DNA of 64,000 bases from a virus. The notes under the pieces were generated by a model that saw nothing but the letters and a program-made list of their open reading frames with translations, was not told where the DNA came from and made no database searches. Each line of letters opens with the position of its first letter. The first letter of the stretch is position 1. A program made the translations under genes and the position numbers. Below, piece by piece: positions 25,379 to 37,300 of the stretch. The stretch spans positions 43,376 through 107,375 of the IMG/VR virus record IMGVR_UViG_3300024264_000011; one strand, 5' to 3'.

Positions 25379-28300
25379 TTAAATGTATACGTTGTTAACT
25401 CGGATGGTAGATGGGTTTGAGGTAATTGTTACCGCTTGTTCCAAGTGTACCTTAGGATTGAATCTAGTGATCATAATGTTCATTTGTGACCAGTTAAGAC
25501 CAGATAGATCACCAGCAGTTACTCTGATTGACTTGTGAGCGGCACTCGAACCCCAGTACCACCAGTAGTTACCAACTGCCTTCACTGTATTTAGTGTGTT
25601 ATTAGTTGGAGAAGTGTTATAGTTTCTCTTATTAATAATGACACTCATATTGTAGTTGTGGGAACCAGCCATACCAGCGGAAACAACAGACTCACCAACT
25701 TTCGATGAAAGACCATCAGAACTACCATCAGGAGCATACTTATCAAATTCATAATCATGAGTCTTCAGACCTTGTGGACGATAGTAATACAATTCATAAT
25801 CAGTACTTGTTGTCATTGTTTGACTATCAATCGCAGTTGGTAGATTTTCAGATAGAATAATTTCATTAGTATCATTCTCACCACCACCACCACCTACATA
25901 TCTAACTTGACCAACGTAAATGTAACCAGCAAGACCAGCAGTTGGACTGGATGGTTTTCTCAAGTAAATCTGGTCACCTCTAGCAATCTGTGTTGTATAT
26001 GCACGAAGTACTAATGTTGATCCAGCAGTAATTGTAAAACCAGTTACAGTTATTGAAGAACCACGAGCATAAGATGCATAGTTTGAATTATCAGCAGCTT
26101 CTACACTGTAGATTCCAGCTGGAACAACATCACCAGCATTATATAGTTTTCCTTTTCTGAGGTTTCCAGTTACAGTGTTGGAAGCATTTTTATTTACAAG
26201 TGTCTGTTTGTGGTGTTTATCTGTAGATGATCTATCAGACAATCTAACACGTATACCAGTATCAACAAAGATGTCAGCAGCGTTAGTTGCAGCACTATTA
26301 AGTGGACCTGCAGAATAATGTTGGATGTAATCAGCAGTGATTTGTTCCGACAATCTTGTCTTTCTACCAGAACCCCAGTTGATGTTACCACCATTATCAC
26401 CCTTTCTAAACGAGAGATCTTGTAATTGATAAGAAACTCTGTTTGGAATAGTAATTCTAGACTCGGCAATTGCATCGAATGTACTTGCCCACTGGTGTGG
26501 TTGATAAGTAACCGATCCAAATCCACCGTCATAATATCTTCCAGACCACCAGTCTTCTCTTAGGAACTTCTTAGAAGTCGAAAGTGACATTCTAATTGCA
26601 TCAGATGTGCTTGTGATGTGGTTGATTGGGTTACCATATGCAACTCTATCAAACACCTGATTATCTTCTGGGAGATAATTTAGGAAACTAGATGAGAAGA
26701 AGGAATTAGTTCCGTTTGTATAGAAGTATCTTTGTGCAGGAGTAAATGCAGCACCGTTATAGTTAACGTCAGTTGTAACACCTCTATGAGTCCAGATAGG
26801 ACGTACAGGTTGTGCAGTCTTCCAAATACTATTCGCTCTCTGTCTACCCCAGTTAACGACGAGTGAACCAAGTGATGTGAATCCAATTGGTCTAGACCCA
26901 TCAGATAGTCTACCCCAGTTACCAACCCATCCATGAGAACCATAGATACCATAACCTTTGTTCTGAGATCCTTGTCTATACCAGTCATTCCAGATATTAT
27001 AGTCATTAAACTCCATAGTACCACCCTTTTCACTATGGAAGATTCTCTTACATACAGCACCATCTTTAGCAAATAGGTCGGATGTGTGAGAGATCTGTAT
27101 ATCACTTACTGAAACCCAATCTGTAGTATCTGGATATTCTTTGAACAGAATATTATCTGGTGAATCCAGTGTAATTTCAGAATAACCGTCAGTGCCAGGA
27201 GTACCAACAGTGACAACAGTACCAGTAACTCTCTTCAATGATGGTTTTGGTTTAGCAAATATGAGTTTCATACCATTTGTAAATCCACCTTGATAGTTAA
27301 AGTTGAAGTCAATTAGTTCACCTTCTAGAGTTGGTACTTGTGCTGCAAGATAGACGACAGAACCACTAGTTGTATCAATAAAGATTGAATTATCTGGAAT
27401 GTATATACCATCAGAACCTGCTGTTGTGGTAGTATCATCAGAAGATCTGAATGGATGAGGATCAGATGATGTAAGATCAGTTAATGTACCACTATCTTCT
27501 CTCTGAATCAAGAATTTAGCAACAGTTGAATCATATCTTGCATACAGTACACTACCACTACCATTAGGAGAATTGTAAGAATCAGATTCTAATGCAAGGC
27601 GTGGTTCAAACGATAGAACACCACCATTTGAATCAACATCACTGACGTAGAAGTAGACATCTTTTGGATATCTTGGGTTATCATAACTGAATACAGCACC
27701 TTCGACTAGAATGTAATCATTAACTTCATAACCAGTACCCGCAGCAAGGATAGTAGCTTGTTCAACAGTATTGTTAATTACTCGGAATCCAATGTTACAT
27801 CCAACACCTGCTTTAGAGTTGGATCTTACTAATGAATTTCTCCAAGGATCAGCTGATTGTTGTGTAGCACCATTAACATCATAAACACCCATAGTATCAT
27901 TATTAAAGTCTTGGTTTAGAGCAGTCTCAATTGCTGTTGCATCACCTGTGATGGATGAGTAATCCCCAGCATCACCATTCGTAGTACCTCCACCAATATC
28001 AACGAAGAATCCATTAGAATTATCTGTTAATGAATTTATATCAACAATTGTACTAGTTGAATATCTATACTTGGTTGTTGGTTGATCTTCACTGAAGGTT
28101 GCACCATTCCAGAAACTGTTTGCATTTGAGTTACCAAATGCGTAGTTATCAGTTTCTTCACCTTTAGTATTTTCATATCTAACGTGGAATACATTATAAG
28201 TACCATTATTCTTGAATCTATCGTAAACACCGATGTTATTAATAGAACTTATATCTAATCCTGATAGAGTATCACCTTCTTCAACACTAATACCTCGTAG

Positions 28301-31300
28301 ATAGAATCTACCTTTGTTAATGTCTCTGTAACTATCTCTACTAATCTGTTGAACAACCTTACTTGCTTCATATGTATAGGCGAAACTATCACCCGCAAGA
28401 ATTCTTCCACTGAAGTTTGGTAGAGTAATCTTATTACTATTACCATTACCACCATCTACAAAGATTCTTGCCATATTTGATGGTAAGTAACTTGCACCAC
28501 TTCTTGGGAATGTCCATCCACCATGGTTAATCGAGATAAATCCAAAGTATCTAGATTCTGCAGAAGTAATGAAGTTTGTTTGTTCTGTACCATACCTTGT
28601 AGCATAATAAGTGTTTAGATCCATCTTACCATTATCACCAGAAGAACCATAGTCAAATGGATCTGATAAGTGAAGTCTAATTACCGCACCAGCGTCACCA
28701 TTTTCAGTATTCGTCAGTTTCTGAATATCAGAAATTCTTGACTGGAAGATCTCATTATGTCTTCTCCAAGCATGTCCTTCAGTATTGAACTGTGGAACAA
28801 TTTGGAACTCATCTCCTACAGCAAGATTACCGAGAAGTGGGTTGAATAGTTCAAATTCAAGATATCTTCTGTTGTCAAATGCAACAGGGAAGTTAGCAGG
28901 TAATGCAGTTAGTGGTTCCTTATTTGCTAAGATAGCATATGTATAAGAACCGGCTGAAGAACCTGATCTAGTTACAGATGTAATTGTTGTATTCTCTTCC
29001 CAATATGCTGTGGCACCAGTAACATTCAAGATTGAAATACCTGGTACAAGACCTTTACCAATGTCCTGATCACCATCCTGAGCGATAGTGAATTGTCTAG
29101 TTTTACCAGAAACAAGTGCTGCATTGTTATCACTGGAACTCGAAGCATTATTATCGGCGTGTGGTTTACCTAGAATCGTGGAGAAACTTGTCAAACCTCT
29201 AATCAAGGTCAATGGATCAATCTTATCATAGATATTATGAGTAGTTTTTCCAGTAGACCAAGTATTTGATGACTGGACAATATGATGGAGACTGGTTAGA
29301 TTATTTGATAATCTTGCGTGACCATCATTCTTATCAGTACTGTCTTTAATATCAGCATATGCTGGTTGGTCAGTAGTTACATAAGCACTAATTCTAGCAT
29401 CACCAAGTCTATTTGTAGAACCAGAAAGACCAGGATCACCTTCAGCAGTAGTAACTGTTACCTTAATATTGGATGGTGTATAGTGATACTTGTCAGTATA
29501 TCCAGAACCAGTGTCATAACCTCTATTGTTTGAACCTACACCAAGGTTTCTCCAAGGTAAGGAGACAATTTGACCAACTTCATATTTCTCAAGATCTTGA
29601 TTTAGATTGTCATCAGATGAATAGATGTCAATAAATGCACGCTGTTGAGTCTTGATACCTTCTTTAGAGAGGTATTCCTCATCTAAATTGATATAACCAA
29701 TAGACTTAACTCTCTTATATGTACAAGAAGTTGTATCAACAGGATCTGCAAGTTTAATTGGGGTTGACTTAACAGTACCAGTTGCAACACCAGGAACAGC
29801 TTCAGTTGGATTTGCTGGATCCAAACCAGCTTCAAAAGCAGTTGCAATTTCTAAACCATCCCAATCATGAATGTATGATGGCCAGAAATCAATATTACTT
29901 CTATTGAGAGTAATCTTATAACCTTGGTTATCATCAATATAAGTCTTAATGAAGCTACAGAGTTCAAGTTCACCGATTTCTGCTCTACCAGCGGTTGGCC
30001 AGTATCTTAGAATGTTATCATCTTCATAAAGGTAGAATCTAGTGATTACTTCATCTCCTCTCTTCTTGGTGTAATTAATCTCATAAGATGTTTCTTCAAG
30101 TCTTACAACTAGAGAAGTTCTAATATCTTCCGCATTTATTGGATTTGCATATTGGTGAATACCTAGGTATGGTCTACCTGGGAGACTATATGCAACCTTG
30201 TAATACTGACCACCATATTCAATGTAACTACCAGGAGAAATAATTGACTTAATTCTCTGCAATTCACCCTTGATACTGGTTAGGTTTGTTTCGCGGAAGT
30301 TATTAACAAGGAACGAAGCATTTTCTACATTATTGACAACCTCACCAGGAGCAAACATATCATAGTTTGTATCAGTGTCAGAAGTTCTAGTAGAAGTAGT
30401 TTCCAACATGGTTATCTTGAAACCATTGAATGTAGATTCATTTACAGATGTAAATGTAGTACCATTGTAGTAAAGAACATCATCTTGTGCATTATTAATT
30501 CCTAGAGAAACAATACTACAAGAAGCAACCTCATTATCAATATTTGTCTGTAGAATTACTCTTACATCATTATCATTGTTATTGCCAGTAGTATCAGCTT
30601 TTCTGAAGTTGATAATATTTACAGCACCAGATGCTTCCTCACTTACAGATACACCAGTACCTAACTTCTGGATCGCAAAATCCTTACTATTAGCAAAGAT
30701 TGATTGGTTTTGTGCTTCATCAAATCCTAATTCATACTTAGAGTGACCACTAGCATCTGCATTAGATCTCTTAATGTATCTGGTAGTTAGTGTAGAAACA
30801 TAGTTGAATCTCTGAGAAGGAATATACTTCGTCAAGAACTGTAATTCAAAGTCATCAAAATCACCAGTAGGAGTACCACCATCATCCATTCCTCTCATGT
30901 CATCTTCACCTTCGTATTGAACGTTACCAGAGTAACCAATCTCGAAGATTGCTATGTTTTGATCAGTTTTCTTATAGAATTCAAAGGATGTTACTGTACC
31001 GAGAACAGAGTCCTTGTTACCATTTCTGATAATTTCGGTGAAGTTTGGAATAATGTTCTTCGCAACTTCTTCTGCTTTTCCCTTATTAGCAGTGTTATTA
31101 TATGGCAACTCGAATGTAATAGTTTTTGGTTCTAGATCTCTAACACCGTCAGTGTGACCACCTTCATCTCTACCAAAGTCGCTTGCTCGGATAACAAGAC
31201 CACTAGAGTTATTAAATCTAAGTCTCCTACCAGAGAAGTCACCAGATGGTGAAGCAAGTGTAGAAATTTTGTCAGTCAAGAATCTTTCGTAAATATCTAC

Positions 31301-34300
31301 AGTGTCATTCCACTGACCAGTAGAGTTGAACTTAGGAATAGCATTTACAGTACTAATTGGGAAGGTTCTTGAGTCATAATCAACGATTTCACCAGTTGGT
31401 AATTGATTTGGTTCAATATAGAGGTTATTTTCATCTCTAAACATTGTGTAGTACTTATAGTTGATGTCTTCTTTACTTACATTCAACTCTTTATATGCAC
31501 TATTACCAAGTTTGGAAATATTAATGATACCAGCAGTTTCAACCAAATCTACAGAGTGACCATATGTAAATCTGTTCTCGGATGACAATCTAGCATCATT
31601 ATCCGTAAGTAATCCAGACCAATCCAAACTCAAGTTACCACGGAATCTTACACCCTGGAGACTTACAGTACCATTGTCGATTGCAATTAGACCACCATGA
31701 TAACCACCACCATAAGTGTTTGATCTATCATTAGCATCACTCATTGCGCCAATAGTACAATTGACGAGTTTAACAGTATTTGATGTACCTGGAACACCAG
31801 AGACCTTGATGAGTGTAGCACCCAAGTTACCAACAGTAGGTGGTGTTGAAGTTGGGAACTTCTTACGATTCACTTTATAGTTTTTAGCATAATTACATGT
31901 AACTCTTCTACCGATAGTAGTCAATCCAGAACCAGACTGTCTATAACCAGTTCCTGCTTGTTGTAGGTTATACTTTGCAATTGCTTCAAACTGTTGGTCA
32001 CTAGCAAACGTAGTTCTTCTTCTATCCTTAGGAGTGAAAGTAACATCACCCACCGTAATATTAGGTGAATTTTCATTAAAGTTAATGTCCTGATAACCAA
32101 AACCACTGAATTGTCCTTTAACAGAACCATTCACTCCATCATTATCACCAAGAGCTCCCATTTCAGATGCCTTGACTTCAAATAGAACATATCTAGTATC
32201 TTGTCTACCATAAAGTCTTCTATAACCATTTGCAAAACCAGGAATAGTTACAGAATATTCTTCACCGAGATGTGTACCGCCACTATTTGTTAGATAGACG
32301 GAGATTGATGGATAGAATGTGAATAGGTTAGTTGCAGGATATTGTTTCTTAGCAGGATATAGACTACCAACTGTTAATGTTAGGTCATTCGTTGGAGAAG
32401 TACCACCAAGAGCAGTACCCAAAATCGTTACTGTATCGTCTACAGCAAATCCAGTACCAGCATTTAATTCCTCAACAGTAACATCATATCTATAGAAACC
32501 ACCATTACCCGCAGCAATATCAACCTTGAATGTAGCACCAGAACCACTGCCAGATGTTGATACACCAGTAGAAGAACTAGTTAATGTGAAGGATGTCTCT
32601 GAAGATGAACCATTTGCAGCACCAGATCTTGAGAACGATCTAATACCACCACTATCTTTAGATGGGTTTGTATCAATAACTAGGTTAATAGTATCTGACT
32701 TATAACCAGCAACGATACCAAAGACAACTGGGATATCATATTCACTATCGTCAAAACCTTCACCACTGGTTGACATTGACTTAGGAACAATCTGGTTTCT
32801 CTTTTGTTTACACCAGTTATAAGTTAGAGTACAGAATTCATCACCATTTCTATTAACAAATATAATTTGAATACCAGATGTTAGAGAGTTGGGACTAGAA
32901 ATACCGGCATCAAGCATTCCGATATCACTTAGATCAATATCAGCATCACCTCTAGTTCTAGTAGTATTTGAAGGTTCAAATACAGCACAAATAACTTCAA
33001 TAGAATCAATCGTAGTTACACTATTTGCAGTTGATGTGTTTTTCTTAACATCGAGAACTCTGGTTCTCTTAGTAGATGCATCTTGTGTTTGACCTGACTG
33101 GTTGGGGAAATAATATAAAGTAGTACCAGGAATTACATATTCTGTTAATTGATTAAATCTAGCTTCATTTGTAGAGAACTTAGATCTCTCAAACTTGAAC
33201 TTGATGTATCTAGCATTTGGTGACTTCTTCGTAGTTGTATCTACAGTTGGAGATTTCTCATCTCTATCGTCTTCAGTAATTTCTCCACTATTAATAAAGT
33301 ATTCAAAACTACCTTGACCAGTACTATTTGTTCCAGTGTACTTGGTTTGGAAACTCATTCCACCAGAGACACCACCAGTAGCAGATGTTGAATTATCAAA
33401 GTCCTTAGACTCTTTAACATACCATGCTTTTCTTACTCTCCTTCTTGCAGAAACAGTATAACTATCTGTTGAGTATGCATTGTCTAGAATTTCATTTCTT
33501 GTGATTGATTCATTGAGACCCAAGAAGTGTACATTTTCAATATTAATACCACCAGTTGATTCTAATCTATCACCAACACTATTGATGTATAGTAAATCTG
33601 TTCTACCACCCCAACTATTACTAAATTTAGGACTTCTGTAGAAACTTACACTATCACCAGATTTGACAGTTTTATTTGAATAACCACCAATTCTTCCAGC
33701 TGGTTCATTAGCAAGTTCTTTAGAATACTGTTCAGTAGTCTTCTTAGAACCACTACCATTAATCTTCAACTGACATGGGAATGTAATTTGTGAGCCGTAC
33801 TCACTATCACTATCTGAATATAGTCTATAATAACCTGGTTTCATCATGACTTCAACAATATCATTCTGAGTGAAACCTGCATCCTGAGCAAAGTCTGCGA
33901 CCTGCTTAAGATTTTCAAATGGTTGGAACGTCTTAACAGTTCTCTTGGTTTGTAGGTTAGCACCTAATGCTTTAGATGTAACTGGGTTTGGTACAATACC
34001 TTCAGTATAAGTATCATCGATTCTGCCAGTAAATGGAACTGGTTTGGTTGGCAATTCGTATAGAGTTGCACTTTCGATGTCAACGTCTTCACTGATCTCT
34101 TCTACATCAGGAATAAATGCATTTTCTACAGTCCACTTATCACCATAAGATGAGTATGTTACAGAACCAGAGAAGTAGATTTCTGAACCATCGGAACTAG
34201 TATAAGATATACCAGTGTCATTGTTGGACTGAGTTGTTACTTTTCTGAGTAGTGAAATTCCTGGTGATGTTCTCTTTACGTATACGAAAGTACTATATTT

Positions 34301-37300
34301 AGTTTGTCCACCATCAACCTTTCTGAAGGTTACGGCACCTCTAGATGGTAATTTAGCGTGGAAGTTTGTTGCGATATTAACAAGTACACCATTATTTCCA
34401 CTACCATCAGTTTCAGTTCCACCCTCACCAACTACTGTAGATGAAACACTAGCACTTACACCAGTGGTTCCTCCATTCACAAGAGCACCGTAGAGATACT
34501 TTGGATCTAATAGTTCTTCTGAATCTTCAATTACTTGTACTACTGATGGATAATTTTTAATAATAGTATGTAAATCATATTGTGTTGCTTCTGGTAATAC
34601 AGAATTTACATAATTTTCATATGCAGCAAAGTTTTGTGAAGTTGAAACCGAAACAGTGTTTGTGGTATAATCAACTTCATCATACTGTAGTGAAATGTTG
34701 ATAACTGGATTCAAGTAGTACTTAACGTTACTAATTTCGATATAATCTTTTGATGTAACGTGATCTAGAGTTTGTTCAACATCAATTCTACCAAATGGTG
34801 GCATACCACTAGTATCAACCAATTCTAATTGATCAACAGCGAACATATCAATTGAAGAACCAGATGCAAATGATGCAGTTGTGTCCGAATTTACATATGC
34901 GAGTTGAATTGTAGTTGAAGTTACTGAAGTAACAACTGCTTCTTCTTTAATCTTATCTTTGTTTCTATTGGTCTGAGCAACTCTCATTCCAACTTTAATT
35001 ACATCATCAAGAGATGATCCAGAATTTTGACCACTTAATGTGACTGAAGAAATAGCACCAGTACCATTGATACTACCAGTGAGTGTAATTGGTTCTGCAA
35101 GTGCAGTAGTCAATGATTCATCATTCTTCTTAGCAGAAGTAAATGTTCTACTGAGTGGTTCAATGTAAACTCTGTTATTATCTAAGTTGATGTTAGTTGC
35201 GGAAAGAATCTTCTTCTTAATTCTCCAAGCATCAAGGAACTTAGGTGAAACATATAGTCTATCATTGGTATCAGTAGCAATGTAACCAGTCTTCTCTGGT
35301 CTTGCACCCTTCGTGAAACCATAACCTTCAGGACCACCTTCTGGGAATTTCTCACCATTGAGGATAGAGTTGTTTGCAATAAACATTCTATCAGTTACAT
35401 ATAGAGTCTGGATGTTTGCTCTATCGGTAACAGTTAGTCTAGCGGTGGTAAAGAAGTTCGATAGACCCTTGAGGAGATTCTGTTGTGCAGAACTCTTGTT
35501 AGGTGAAGCAATAACGTTGATAACGTTGTTTGCAATTCTATTCTCTAGGTCACTGACATCAACAGCGTTAGATTCGGATGACTTACGTACTTTAGGTACG
35601 TTTAGAGTAGTTGTTGATTGACCACCAGCCTGAATGACTTGATTACCAATATAGAAATCACCAGCAGAGTTAGTACCAGAAGATGCAACGAAACCACCAG
35701 CGTTTTCGTAACCCTGTGCAATAAACTGTTCGTATGCCTTGAGGACTCTTGTTTGTAGGTTGGGGAAACCAGTTGAATAGTTACCAGGACCAATACCAAT
35801 ATATTCCCAAGTGTGTGAAGAAGCACGTAGGATAGAAGGTCTTAGGAGTGGTACAACTGGTGCGATCGACTGTGGGTGGTTACCTGGAGTATTGCCAGTT
35901 ACAGCGTCATGTGTTCCACTAATAGTAGATGTTGTTGCGGAACAAACTGGGATCTTTCTTTCTTCATCTGAAAGTGCAAAACCATACTTGTTAGCATCAA
36001 CAGAATTTTGATCAGTGATTGTACTGGTTCCTTGACCAATACGATAAGATTGTGATGATGTAGCAGTACCATAAACATTAAATGATGTAGAAACAGTGCT
36101 ATAGTTAGACGTATCAGAAGCACGATCATCCCAAGATGCAACTGGTGCAACCTTTACATTTACTTCAGTACCAGCAGTTGACTTGATATAACATAGATCA
36201 AGTGCTTTTACCAATCTATGACAAGCTTCAGCGGTTAGTGATGTTAGAGCAGGAACTTCATGGAATGGAGTTGAATTATCATTTGATTTGTGATATTTCT
36301 TGTTTGGTACAGAGACATCTTTTGGTCTGAAACCGAAGTAGTTAGCATTTGATGATGTATCACCAGGCATCTGCTCGACAATTACACGAGAATCTGTCTG
36401 TGGTGGGTTCCAAAGTACTCTTGGGTTACCAATATTACCTTCTTCATTGGTTGAAGGATATAGGTAGTTAACGTTAGAAGAAACTCTATAGTTTCTATCA
36501 TCAAATGATAGTTCAGAAAGTCTGTCAGCAATAATGATATCATTATTGTCTTCTCTCTGAAGAACGTGTGGTGTATTTTCATAACCAGTTCCATCAGAAC
36601 CATCTATAAACTTATCAATATCTGCTCTTAGGATTGTTAGATAATATTCACCATCTCTTACACCTGCTTGCCATGTCTGTACTTCTTGTACATCCCAAAT
36701 AGTAAATCTATAGTTAGTATAAGGAACACCATCTTTATCATTTTGTGGACTTGTACCTTGGATGATAAATCTCTTTTCTGGTGGTTTTGGTGTAATTTTT
36801 TCACCATCAGTATTTACATAGTTCTTTGGAATTATATACTTAACTCTCCAAAGTAAGTCATTAGGTGTAGAAGCTCTCTGGTCAAGTAACTTAGCAGTAG
36901 TTACTGAACCAGGGAAACCTTCCCAATATTCTAGAACATTAATGTCTTTAGTAGTTGAAACAACAGAAGTACTTCCGTCGTCATTTGTTATTGTTTCAGT
37001 AACGAAAGTAGTTTCAACAATATCAGCGAAAATAAATTCAGAAACATAAGTTCTGGTATTTGATTTTGTTGAATCTAGTTCAACATAAACTTTTTGACGA
37101 ACTCTATCCCACTTATAACCGACACGTTCATGGTTCTTTGTTTCACTATCGTTAGTTGATGTTGCAATGGAAACAGTAGCTTCGTAAGTGGATAGTCCAC
37201 CACCTTCACCATCAACTTGGTTTACGATTACGCAATCATTTGCACTTAAGACACCACTTGTATCATAATATTCTCTGAATAAATTGTAGTTATTACCAGA